Source of the DNA: Camelus ferus
Taxonomy: Eukaryota
Length of the DNA: 64,000 bases
NCBI RefSeq assembly: GCF_009834535.1
Contig: NC_045696.1
Span: 27,902,001 to 27,966,000, forward strand
Direction: 5' to 3'
The first letter of the stretch is position 1; each line of letters begins with the position of its first letter. Shown here piece by piece: positions 27,791 through 39,669 of the stretch. A program made the position numbers and the translations under genes. The notes beneath the pieces were generated by a model, which had not been told where the DNA came from, searched no databases, and was given only the letters and a program-made list of their open reading frames with translations.

Positions 27791-29344
27791 AGTTTTAAAT
27801 AGAAGCTAGAAGTTCAGATTATTATGAAGACTCTCCTAACAATTAAAGCAAAACTGATAAGGCTGTAAAATTCTTAACTAGGCCTATAAGGAAGAGCACT
27901 CTGAATCCACTTCTAACGTAAAATTTTCAAACTCTTTGAGTCAAGAAATACTTCTTGAATGCCTGTAACACATCAGATATATTATCAGTAGAAAATATCC
28001 GTAAAATAAGCTCATAATGTAAAGAGCAGACCTTTAAGCAGATAGTTTTTCACATGATATGATAAACGTAAACATCCATATGCAGTTTCTGTGGAATCAC
28101 AGACAAGAAAATGTCTGACTTTCTGGGGGCATTAAAGAAGGCTTTTTTTTTTCTCGTTCCTATGATGAGCTGTAAAATCTAACCATACTAGGAAACTCCC
28201 CATTCTCCAAAAGAACATGAACTTTCCAGACTGTCAGTTCTTCTTATATTATCTTTCTCCTTGAAATACCTTTTACCCATCTCTACTCTGTATAATCCTA
28301 TTAATGCTTAATAGCTTTAACAGAAGTTTATCTTCTCAGACTTTCTCAGGCATAACTATCCATTTTTCTCATGACTTATTCGTCTGAAAGTAGAAAACTC
28401 AGCAATTATTTTAGAGTTTAAAAGTGTGTGAGTGTGTATGTTCACATGGACGTGTGTGTGCCACACTAGGTATGTAGCTCATTGTGGGCCTGACTGTATT
28501 ATATTCTGTTTATAGCCCTAAATTCAGTAATTACTGCTGCACAAGGAAGAAAATCATCAAAAGTCTATTGAACTGACAGTACATTTTTCTTACATTATTG
28601 GGTATTAATTTGAGTTGGTAAATTTTTAAATTAAAATATGACTCTTTCAAAGAGCCACAATAACTTCTTTTATGCTCTCAACATTATTTATATGCTGTCA
28701 TTTGCTTTCCTTGTTCATAAGTATCACAAGATGTTACAAATAAACAGGAAATTCTACTTACATTTATTTCCTTTTAGTTAAAGTCAATTAGAACCATCAA
28801 ATAAAAGCAGGACTTAGTCTCTTATAATACACACTATACTAGTGAAAGCTCAAAGCTTACAGTCTCTATTAACTTTCAGCTCACGAGACCTTGAAGATCA
28901 AGAGGGAGCAATTATAAATATGGGGTGTGTATTGAGTTATATGCTCTCATTTGCTTTCTTTGGCCACTAGTATTACAAGATGTTATAGACAAATAGGAAA
29001 TTCTAGTAACATTCTCAGACTAGCCCTCAAATTTGCAAACTTGTTAACATAAAGACACTGAAGATTATCAGCAGATGGGTTTAATCTGCTCTAAAGTTAT
29101 GAACTGGTACAAAGCCAGTTATTTGGCAGTCACACCCTAAATTCCACACGTCTACAGCTATTTCAGCTTAAAACATGAAACAGGTAAAGTGCGTTTCCAC
29201 TTGGCTGTGCAAACACACTCTAGTTTGAGTTGACGGAGGTGAGCAATCTCATGCTTCCTAAGTGAAACTGATCAGTACCATCATGTTAACTAACCTAATA
29301 AAAAATCCTGACTCATGGGAATTACTGGGAGCAGTCAAAAACCT

Positions 29345-30680
29345 CTGGCAATTCACTCATTTCAACATGTGCTTTCTGAGCACCCAACATGCGTCAGGCA
29401 GGAGGCTAATTGCTGAGGAGTTGCAGTGAATCAAATGATGTGGTGGTTGCCCTCATGGAGCTGATATTCTAGTAAATGGAAATAGATGCCATGTAACAAA
29501 ATCCCACCATTAGATACTTTTAAATTGCATCTGCCATTAAGTGAAAGGGAAAGTGTCATAAAGAGATTGTAGCAAAGGGTCTTCAAGGTTCTTTGAGGAA
29601 GTTATATGTAAGAAGAGATAGAATGAACAAGCACATTCAAGGCGAACGTGGAAAATACAGAAAATATGTTCAGCCAGACAGAAATCTTATGCAAAATTTT
29701 CTTAGGCATAGGAGAACTTGGCACATGTCGGGATGAAAGAACAGCTAAAGAGATAGGTGGAGAACTTTTCCACTGGAGAACTTTTCCATTTGAGCCTTTT
29801 GGTTTGAAAGCTTTGTTAAGAATTCTGAACTTTATTCTAAGGTTTTAAGAAAGAATAGATCTTTGCATTAAAAGGTTATTCTCCTTCCTTTCAACAGAGA
29901 GAAAATTATGGAGGATGTCACGATGGAAGTGGGAAGACCAGTTAGGAGACCTTATATAATGATAAGATAATAATGATAAGAGCAGGGTGGGTGTAGCTCA
30001 ATGGTAGAACACATGCTTAGCATATGTGAGGTCCTGGGTTCAATCTCCAGTACCTCCATCAAAAAATAATTAAAAAATAAAAATAATTTTAAAAAGACAT
30101 ACTAGTAGTGATAGAAATAAAGAAAAATAAATGGAAGTGAATATGTTAAAAACATTCTGGAGGCAGAATTGACAAGACTGGCTAATGAATTGTACATAGA
30201 GGGTAAGCGAAAAGGGGTTTCAAGGTTGCTGCTAGGTTTTGGAGATGAAAACCTTAGAGTGGAACTATCCAGTAAGATTTGAATATCAGGGGTGACCAGC
30301 AGTCTTTTGAAATTAAAATGTTTTCCTTTGTTAAATAACTTTCCAAGATGTCACTACCACTTCAAGTCAGATAGGGAAGGGATGCAGAGAGTAGAATGAG
30401 AAGGAAAAAAATACATTCCTATATATATATAAATAAAATCTTAAATCCAGTGAGAATCAGCATATTTGTTCACAACATATAAAGTCTTAATTCTCACATA
30501 AGGGAGATTTAAATTAAATAAAGAATAATGGCTATAATGTGGTAAATGGATTTGGAGAAGTAAGAGTTGTAACTGGAAAACCAGTTATAGGCTATTGCAG
30601 AAGTCCAAGCAAGAGATGATAATAGCCTTGTGTTCTGGCAGTAGAGATGGACAGATGGATAGATCTTAAAGAGATGAAAT
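29345..30680 (-). mobile_element. LINE-2 remnant(s), interrupted by a SINE at about 29985 and by the ERV insertion at 30681
   Basis: Antisense L2 3' end (attcactcatttcaacatgtgctttctgagcacccaacatgcgtcaggca...gccctcatggagctgatattctagt) and ggaaaaccagttataggctattgcagaagtccaagcaagagatgat. It resumes briefly after 32177. Confidence 0.7.
29985..30094 (+). mobile_element. tRNA-derived SINE, camelid Vic-1-like
   Basis: A box gtagctcaatggtaga, B box ggttcaatctcc, about 75-nt tRNA-like head followed by an A-rich tail. Not a functional tRNA. Confidence 0.85.
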
Positions 30681-32164
30681 CGTTCTAAGGCAAAGGGAGA
30701 TAAACTTAGACCTGCCTAGCAATTAATGTTTTAATATTTTATAAATGACACAGATAGTTTCAAGTTTTAAGTACCAAAATTTGGAGAGACAATTTTAGAT
30801 ATTTTCACAACTCCTATAGAGTTTACCCAAAATCTCTTATTTTGTTTACTTTTTTGAAAGTTTTTTTACATTAGGAGAAAAAAACTAAAACATAAGTTTC
30901 CAGTCAGGAAATGGTGATATGACAACCAATTCACAGTTGCTTGCTTCTCATTTTTTGCCAGAGATTTAAGTTCTTTAAGGGTTAAAATTATATGTAATTA
31001 AAGTTCCTAAAATAAGCATTTCAATATACAGTGGAAAAGTAAGAGATATGTTTTCAGGAAAAGAGTTTCATAAAAAAATAACTAAAGAATTTGAAGCATA
31101 ATCAGGATTTAAAGTATTTAACAAATTCTAAAAGTTCTTTGTAGCTCCAGTTAACTTTAAAATGCTTTTAAAAAAAAACTGAGGCATCTTGGATATTAAG
31201 TTAACTAAGATTATTTAATATATTAAGTTAAATATAATCAGTCATAATTCTAATAATTACAAACAAGTCTCTATCGATTGCAGACATTTAACCATGCTTT
31301 TTAAGTCTTTTCGTCGTTACAGACTGTTAAACTGCTGTTGCAAAGCTGCTTCATCTTTAAGGAAATTCGTCAGAAGTCAGTGAAAACAGTGGGTTACAAC
31401 AGTCCCACATCAGATGATGGCTGTGCCAGGATTCCAGCCCACACCCTCAGCCCTTGGATGCAAAAGCAAACAGCTGTCCTGCCCCTGGGGCCCCTAGATT
31501 AGACATTCAGAGATTTTTACTCCCTGATAGACAGGCTCAACGCCCCTACTCAGCCCGGAATTAGTTTCAGAAAACGGACCATCACCCCTCTGTAACTCCA
31601 TAAGATTATGGGAGTAAAATCTCTGAGGGGGGAATGAGACAGGAATAGGGCAGGGCACAGCCATTCAAGGAATAACACAACAATGAACACCAGAATGGCA
31701 AAAGATTCAACGCCCAGTCGGCCCTGAGGCTCAAGCTGGTGAGAGATCTGACTTCTAGTTGATCTTGAGCTTCATTATACGCCCATTGTAACATATGAGC
31801 ATGGTGAATAACACGTCCACAGGCACCATGGCAGTCCCAAGGCTAGCCACAAAAGGTCAAAGAGTGGGAAATGGCCAACTTCCTGGGAATCCCAGCCCCT
31901 TCCCCAGGCTAGTTAGACTGGTCCTTCCACTTATTAGCACAAGAAGCCACTGAGCCCATGAAAGCTGACAACACAGCGCTGCATGGCCACTGTCCCCTCT
32001 CTCTCCCTCTTCAGAGATGGCCCACACTCTGTCTATGGAGTGTGTACCTACTTTTACTCTAATCTAAGCACCCAACCCCCTACACCTCATGGCCTTTCTC
32101 TTGCCTTTTGATGTATCTCTCTAAATAAATACCTTTACCCACCCCCTACCCCCTAAAAAGAAAG
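30681..32164 (+). mobile_element. ERV1-type fragment: non-coding internal sequence, PPT (31625-31634), 3' LTR U3-R (from 31635) and A-rich tail
   Basis: Purine tract gaggggggaa followed by TG start. AATAAA at 32124-32129, A-rich tail from 32155, no U5/CA end. Flanking repeats aaagagatgaaat (30668-30680) and aaagaaatgaaat (32165-32177). Confidence 0.8.
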
Positions 32165-33199
32165 AAAGAAATGAAATTGATAAGACTTGGTGTTCCTTTG
32201 GTTGCAAAACACGCATCCATGTTTATAATTGTCAGTTACAGACAGGATTGCCTAGCCATGTGTAACACTAGTGGTTACTTCTTGAACTATAAATCAACAA
32301 AAACATGTGTGACATCTTCATACCATATTTTACAGGAGAAAGCACTTGTCTAGAGGATAATATTCTGACTACAACTACAGATGGTCTTAAAAGATATATT
32401 TTATTCCTATGGCCTTTTGCAAATTTCTTGTTTAAACATTACGTCCCTAATCCTTAAACCAGGACCAGGAGGGGTTGATAAAATGCCCTACTTCTAAGGG
32501 ATATCTGCCTATTAGGCCCCCTAGCACAGCATCTAACACATTGAAGACCCTCAACAAATAGCTCACACAAGTAATTCATTGGTGTGAACATGTCAGAACA
32601 AAAACTGTGAGTGCTGGTGTCTTGTGTTCTTACCTGCTTTACTTCCTCCAGGAAGTTACTTCCTCCAGGAAGCCCTAAATCCATCCCTGGTACCTGCTTT
32701 TAAAGGGATACCAGTGAATTTCTTTTGATGGCTTATGAAAGAGGATTCCCCATTTCTTAAAAGCATTCTGCCCATTGTTTGTATTTTGGTATCACGTTAT
32801 AGTAATCCATAGTATCATGGCACATCAGAGATGGATGAGAACTTAAAGCTCAAACACAATTACTTTTATATTGCCCGAATTGGATTCAGTATGTTAGGTC
32901 TATAAAGATACATGCCCCAATGCCATGACCAATGAAAACATCTTTAGCCGTGGTAACATCTTACTCTATGCACAGGTAATCAGAACAGTTATTTATACAT
33001 AGTTGCAATCATTATTTAATTGATGAATAATTAACAAGCAAAGAAAGAGAACTGTTTTATGCAAATAACATTAACACCAATTTTTAATTGGGCACACAAG
33101 TATATAAAATAGGCTACTAGCAGACCTGAAATTCTTTTAGTAACTATGGGAGCACAATTGATACCTATGTATATAGATAGATGGATAGACACTTGGATG

Positions 33200-33620
33200 G
33201 ATAGAGACACTGTGTTGGGTACCAGGTAAGTATTAGACATAACCATGCCTATAATCTCATCGTTGATCAGAGACCACCAAGCACATATAGAAAAAGAAAT
33301 AGAAACATAAATAAATCTGTTTCTAAAGAAATACACATTTAATGCTAAAAGAGTTTGGGAAAAGGGTTATGTATCAAGGGAATGTGGGGGAGAAGTTTTG
33401 ACTTAAGCAGGACTATAATTAAATGTTGGTCAAGGACAAATAATGACAAGGATGAGGATATTCAACAAAGGAGTAAAAAGATGAGAGAAGAGATCAGGTT
33501 TTTGTAAGGCCACATCAAGAGGGCCTTGTGTGGCTAGAGCAGACCTCATCTGTAGGAAAGCCATAGTGAATGGCAGGTGCGTGTCACATCAGACATGAAG
33601 CTGATTTGAGGGGCAGGAGC
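33200..33620 (-). mobile_element. LINE-2 remnant
   Basis: gacactgtgttgggtaccagg...ccatgcct and a downstream purine-rich antisense L2-like stretch. Very diverged. Confidence 0.45.
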
Positions 33621-34046
33621 ATCGTCTGAGAGTGAGGAGCAGATCTTACAAGTTCTGAGCAAGGCAGTGCGAGGAAGAGACCACCACTTTCATAAATGGA
33701 AAGGTATCTTCTCAGCAAACAGATGGATCCTTAATGTTCAATTAGACAAACAGGATGATCTCTTTGCCAGGTATTTAATCAGCAACTCTGACACACAGGA
33801 ATCTCCTGACCAGAGCATCACAGGTTTCCCTCACTTGAGTGTCACAACTTCTACCCTCCAAAGGCTGACAAGTCATTTTTTCAAGTAGATCCTAAGCCTG
33901 TGTCTGTATAAAAGAGACACTACAATTTGAACATGATAGGAAATGAGGAAGAGTCAATTGCTTAGCTTGAGGCCGATGATCTCCATTCCCATAAGTCCTT
34001 GGTGTTCACTCTGCATCATGGAGATAAAGGGCACTCCTGAAAGGCC

Positions 34047-34420
34047 TGTGGTAGTGCTTGCACAAAGGTGACTGCAATGGTTGCTGCCGTCCGGAGTGCT
34101 CAGGTGCACGTTTCTTCTGGCAGCCCTCCCATGGAGGGCGGGGTCGGTTTCAGTATTACTTGAATCTGGATTGGCCTGGTGACTTATTCTGACCAATGAA
34201 ACACAGCAAAATCGATGCGTATGACTGTCAAGGTTGGGCCTCATGAGGTCTTTACAGCATCTGCTTTTGCTCTCATGGAACTTGACAGCCACAAAAGGAA
34301 TCTGGTCTATCCTACTGGAGGCTGAGATGCAATTGGAGACGAGTGAGGTGCTACAGCTAACAGTTTCCATCAGCTGCCAGACATACGAGCAAGGCACCAT
34401 GAACCTTCTACCCCAGCCGT
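34047..34420 (+). mobile_element. MLT1-type (ERVL-MaLR) LTR fragment
   Basis: TG start tgtggtag; cttgaatctggattggcctggtgacttattctgaccaatgaaa and ggcctcatgaggtctttacagcatctgcttttgctctc are MLT1F-like motifs. Confidence 0.75.
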
Positions 34421-34479
34421 GAGCATCAGTATGTGCTCTGTAATGGGAAGATGTGGGTTATATGCATACACGCTCAATT

Positions 34480-35200
34480 GTGTCCTTAGTTAACCTCTTT
34501 TTGGCCTCAGTTTTCCACTCTGTAAAATAAGGATAAAAATACTATCTGACTTTTAGGATGGTTAGAAACATTAAATGAGTCAATGAGTTTGGCAGTTAGA
34601 TAGAAATGAGCACTGGGCAAGGGGAGAGGAAGGGGGAGGGAGCCACCCAGAAAATAACAGTACACCTGCCCTCAGGATACGAGGCTTCAAAGAGTTTTAC
34701 TTTCTCTAAATGAGGGCAAGCAGAGAAGCCGGTTAGAATCGAACGCTGCGGCAGCTCAGTAGAGAGAAGTACCAGGCTTAACATGATGCAATATCCATTA
34801 TAATGTAATTAGCATTGTGCTTTGGGCCCCTTCTAGGTCTTTCTGTGTGCATCATGGGTAAGGGCACGCACAAAGGAGACGAGTGCAGTGCAATTAAGGG
34901 ACCTGAACTGTCAATCAATCATGAGAATGTCCCTAAGCCAGGGTACAGGACAGGAGAAACAGGAGGGGCGGGCCGTTCTCCTCTCTTGGAGGTGTACTAT
35001 ACTAACTTTTGCTCTACTAATAAAATTTTCTGTTTATATCACACTTCAATCTCCTGTTTAATTCTTTTTCTTGGGTAAGACAAAGAACCAAGGCTTTTCC
35101 CCCTCCTCGCGGTAACAAGTGCAATTAAATATCCTAAAGCATTACCTGTAATAAAGCCAGCACGAATAAAATGTAGATAAACTGTATTAGTACTGCTATT
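34480..35200 (+). mobile_element. MIR SINE split by a solo LTR
   Basis: Core ttaacctctttttggcctcagttttccactctgtaaaataaggataa to about 34587; MIR-like 3' tail resumes after 35117. Confidence 0.65.
34588..35117 (+). mobile_element. ERV1-type solo LTR (MER41/MER72-like), about 530 bp
   Basis: GC-richer with retained CpGs; AATAAA at 35019-35024; U5-like aattctttttcttgggtaagacaaagaacc; ends ...cggtaaCA. The 5' TG is degenerate. Confidence 0.8.
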
Positions 35201-35227
35201 GTTGCTGTTGCTGTAATTTTTGTTTGT

Positions 35228-35350
35228 CTTTTACGGAAGAGGAAACTGAGACTCAGAGGGGTTAAATGCTTTTCCCAAAGCCACAGAGCTGTGGAACCAG
35301 GGTCCAGGACCAGACTTCTTGTTCCAGAGTCTAGGTATTAACCACCACGC
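35228..35350 (-). mobile_element. MIR SINE
   Basis: ttttacggaagaggaaactgagactcagaggggttaaatgcttttcccaaagccacagagct. Confidence 0.85.
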
Positions 35351-35489
35351 ATTTTTGCACCTACTCTGTGACTCTCTGTGACTCTGATTCGCTGAGAGAG
35401 ACTGTGAACCAGCCATTGTGGTCAAGGAGTTCACATACATCATATCATCAATATTCTAATTAGCCTGGTGCAACAAAAGTAAGCATTTT

Positions 35490-35930
35490 AATATGACTTT
35501 GTACAACATGCCAGCCCTTCCCACACCACCACCACCTGTCTAGCGTCCTCTTCTGTGACTCTTCCCTCCCACTCAGCCTGGATTTCAGCCCATCCCCTCC
35601 ATGCACCTCTGTGCGTGCCATTCTCTCTGGTTACCATGCCCTTGCACTCCTGTGTTTTTAGAAACATTAGTTACTTTTACTGCAAGCCTCTGTCTCAACA
35701 TCTCCTCCTTGATGAAGACCTACTTCCTCGGTCTCAGAAGGTCATTAGGCACTCGCTCTCCTCCCAGTTACTGTCAACATACGATTGCTAAAACGGTATG
35801 TGACTGTTTTAAAAGTTTTGTTTACTTGTGTCTCTTCCATTAGATTGTGAGATACAGAAAGGACTCTATCATACCTGTTTTTATATTCCTGGACTTCAGT
35901 AAACGACCCCTGGATGGGTGCATTCTTCTG
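35490..35930 (+). mobile_element. LINE-2 3' fragment
   Basis: tttacttgtgtctcttccattagattgtgagatacagaaaggactctatc and upstream pyrimidine-rich L2 motifs. Confidence 0.6.
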
Positions 35931-36029
35931 GTGCAACACATGCCATTTGGGCTCCTGGGCCTCTTTCTTGTGTTTATGTTTGTATACCTGTCTTTACATT
36001 TTATAGTGAAAATTGCTATTTGGGAGTCC

Positions 36030-36310
36030 AGAGAAGAATCATGGTTTAATGTAAAAGGCTGGGTTTGGAGAGAGTCAGACCCGGACTCAGATCACAATTC
36101 CATCACTTGTTTCACACTGTAGCCTGAGAAAGTGATGTAAATGCTATGTCTTGGTTTACTTCCATACAATTTGGGAAAATGATAGTTGTTGCAGAATCCA
36201 CATATGTACATGTATCTAAAGAAGTGCAAAGATGAACTGCATTGTGATATGTAAGCACACTGAGTATGTAGTGGCTCAATCTTCTGTAAAAATTAGTATT
36301 ATCGTTAAGG
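36030..36310 (+). mobile_element. MIR SINE
   Basis: atggtttaatgtaaaaggctgggtttggagagagtcagacccggactcagatc; 3' part gcacactgagtatgtagtggctcaat. Confidence 0.6.
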
Positions 36311-36696
36311 AAGATTTTATGAATGAAGCTCTCCTTTGCTTCATTAATTTCACATATATGAAACAAATGAAGTTTTGCTCTGGTGTCCTGCAAACTTTAC
36401 TCAAGTTTTAAAAATAAGATGTTCATTAGAGAGTCAAAGCATTTATAAAAACAATGAGCTGTTAGCAGACTCAGAAGATAGGAGAATCAAGCATCCTGAC
36501 ATATTCGTTCAATCTTTAAACTGATAAAACTAATTTTTCTATAACCAGGACTTAATTGTTTAGGATGGATATTTGCATCAGCACACCAAAATAGAAAATT
36601 CCAACCATACAATTATGAACAATGCACATCTACTAAAAAAGACCCAAACTAACAAACACTAGCAACAAAGTATTTTTAGATCTCGTTTTCCCCATA

Positions 36697-36751
36697 ATTT
36701 TATTATATTATCATTATTTTTATTATTATTATTATTACTACTATTATTATT
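36697..36751. repeat. Degenerate (ATT)n/(ACT)n repeat
   Basis: Directly visible. Confidence 0.8.
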
Positions 36752-37007
36752 GATTTTTGTTCTTGGGTGGGTCTGATCTTTCAAAAACATGGCACACAAT
36801 CAACTTAAAAGTTAAAAAGCTATAAATAGAATTTAAAGTTTATGTATCTGTATAAATATGCAGATATACATGTATATGTAAAGATGTATATGTTTATGTA
36901 TATGTGTATTTTGAGCATATTATAAATTGAATTACTAAATCATAATATTTATGTTTGATAAAAAGGAAGTCATTTATATTAGCTGACTAATAAAGGCATA
37001 CCATTTC

Positions 37008-37617
37008 TTTTTTTTTTATTGAGGTATGATTGATTTGCATTGTTGTCTTAGTTTCCGGTGTACAGCATAGTGATTCATTTATATATATTCTTTCTCATAT
37101 TATTTTTCATTATAGATTAATTCAAAATATTAAATAATGTTCTCTGGTTCTCTGGCCTATACAGTAAGATCTTATTGTGTATCTGTTTTATATATAGTAG
37201 TTTGTATCTACTAATCCCAAACACCTGATTTATCCCTTCTTCCCATCCCTTTTCCTTTTCCCTAACCGTAAGTTTGTTTTCCATGTCTGTGAGACTGTTT
37301 CTGTTTTGTAAATAAGTTCATCTGTATCATTGTTTAGATTCCACATATAAGTAATATCATATGATATTTGTGTTTCTCTGTCTGACTTAATTCACTTACT
37401 ATGATAATCTCTAGGTCCATCCATGCTGCTGCAGATGGCATTATCTTATTCATTTTTATTGCTGAGTAGTATTCCATTGTATAAATATACCACAACTTCT
37501 TTATCCAGTCATCTGTTGATAGACATTTAGACTGTTTCCATGTTTTGGCTATTGTAAATAGTGCTTCTATGAACATTAGGGTTCATGTTTCTTTTCCAGT
37601 TACAGTCTTCTCTGCAT
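37008..37617 (-). mobile_element. 5'-truncated lineage-specific LINE-1 (ORF2 end, 3' UTR, polyA)
   Basis: ORF 37334-37576 is the L1 ORF2 C-terminus (MFIEALFTIAKTWKQSKCLSTDDWIKKLWYIYTMEYYSAIK); poly-T at 37008-37017. Confidence 0.93.
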
Positions 37618-39183
37618 AAAAGGACACATCATGTCTATTGCATCTCTTACCTTCACTGCTGCAATCCTTACTTTGGTGACACTTTGTACATCATTAACTG
37701 CCCTTAAGAAAGCTTTAACAATCCAATTTATATCAACTATTCAACTAGCTCACATTTCAGTATCTTTGTTCAAAACAATTAAAGCTGATAGGGTTTCTTT
37801 CTACAGGTTCGAGCCTTTTTGGAGAAAAGCAGTACACCTCTTCATGTATTTTGTGCTTCAAGCTATATAAAAAGACCTACGCATCCTTCCAGACTTAAAA
37901 AAAAAACTACAGAATATTGTGAGACACTTTTTTCTCCCAGTGAAAAAACACTTTGAAAATAAATCCTATAGCTAAAAGTCTAACACTAGCATTTGTACTT
38001 ATTTTGAGAAGCCAGTAAAGAAAAGACAATATTGACTTTTGGAGCAGAAGCATATACACTTTCTCCTGACTCGCCACACACACACAAATACAGGCACTGG
38101 TGATGCTTTTGCTTTCGTTGGCTTTAATCTCTGCATTTATTTGACATTTTATTGATAATTAAATGATTTCCTACATACATGAAACTTTTTATTATAAATC
38201 TGATTTGAATTCATGTCAAAAATATGTTTCTATCAACTCTCTTGGCTAGTAAATGAACTCTATTCTACATTGAATTTGCCTCCGTTATCCCAGTAATGTT
38301 TTGAAAATGGAAAAGAAAATAGGGCACTTGATTCACTAAAAACATTTAACCAACAAAAGAAATTTTTCCTATCTCTTTAGAATAGAAAAATGTAGCTACG
38401 CTGTTTCTGGCTTTGAGTTGATTAAGGATGGAAAAGAACTGAAAATTAAGTTAGTGACATAATATGTAACTGTTTGCAAAGGGAGTTTGACAAACATTTA
38501 AATTCAAATCCTTCACTAAGTACCTTGGCTGATGTATTAATTACATTAGTTTACCATCTTCAGGAGGGTTACCTGATTGTATCACTAAATCATCTACTAC
38601 AGAAAATAGAAATATTCATTCATACCATGTTAGTTTAAAATACTTGGCTTAGTGCCTTTGTGTGAAGAGGGTACAAAACAGTAAAAACAGAGATTTCCCA
38701 ATGAGTTTAGAAATCAGGATGATCTGGTGATAAAGGAGGGCTCTATTTAAATCCAAATCGGATGTTGGAATCACAGCTTGGTTTGGCTTTAGCAGACATC
38801 ATACTTAAATTGCCAAACATATTTTAAAACTATTTGTGTCATTCCTAAAGAGAACAAAACAAGGATTGAGAATGTAATAATAAAGTAGAATTCAGAGTTC
38901 TCCAGGTTGTTCATTTGGAGAGGGTGGGGAGGACAGCGGAAGGTAAAACTCCCACTCGCCCAGAATTCTTCCCTCTCCCTCTCTTTTGACTGCACTGTCT
39001 TGGACCGAACTCCTATCATCATTAGTGCCAGTCACACTTTCTCAATACAGCTTTATTTAGTATATTTCTACAGTTGCAGAGGAGAAAATGCCTTGCAGTG
39101 ACTTGAGAGAATTATCCATTCTGCTCAAGAGTCCAACGCATCCTGAAACAAACCTATGGCTTATAATGGAAAGAAACATTCAA

Positions 39184-39262
39184 TGAATGAATGAATGAAT
39201 GTTTTTAATGTTGGTACCGGGGATTGAACCCAGGACCTTGTGCTTTCTAAGCAAGCACAGAG
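39184..39262 (-). mobile_element. 5'-truncated Vic-1-like SINE with (ATTC)n tail and 12-bp flanking direct repeat
   Basis: ggggattgaacccaggaccttgtgc is the antisense B-box region matching the 29985 copy. agaaacattcaa occurs at 39172-39183 and 39263-39274. Confidence 0.8.
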
Positions 39263-39669
39263 AGAAACATTCAAAATCAGAGTGAATCTAGGCCATTAAG
39301 AATACATAAAAGTAGATTAATTTAAAAAATTCAGCATTCTGTTTCCACCATTTGTGGACTAAGAGGCAGTCTGGAAATAAGTGGGCTTTGTTAAGGGTGA
39401 GTCAACCTCACCTTTAGAAAATGAGAAGATAACCCTCCCCAGAAATAAAATTCTAGAGAGCTGTCAAAGTATTTCATTTTTTACTACTAAGGAAACTTTG
39501 GGTTATATATTGCCAGTCTTCATTTTCACACTGAAGTGTAAATATTCATAGGAAGTAGTGTTATGTTAAATTGTGATCACACTTTCATGAAGTGTGAAAT
39601 CTCAAGAGACAGCTTTAGGGTGTTACAAGGCCTACATTCAGATCCTGATAATACGGCCTATGGATAAAT

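Noticed and set aside
27374..27791. ORFs with (SL)n runs
   Set aside because: Translation of the (CT)n microsatellite.
29758..29789. 16-bp tandem duplication tggagaacttttcca(c/t); also short tandems at about 17233-17252 and 47752-47783
   Set aside because: Ordinary slippage duplications; not an array.
29989..30060. tRNA-like sequence
   Set aside because: Stems are degenerate, an A-rich tail follows and there are several dispersed copies, so it is a SINE and not a tRNA gene.
33954..34400. Longest ORF (148 aa, minus strand)
   Set aside because: Lies mostly antisense within an MLT1-type LTR; no recognisable domain.
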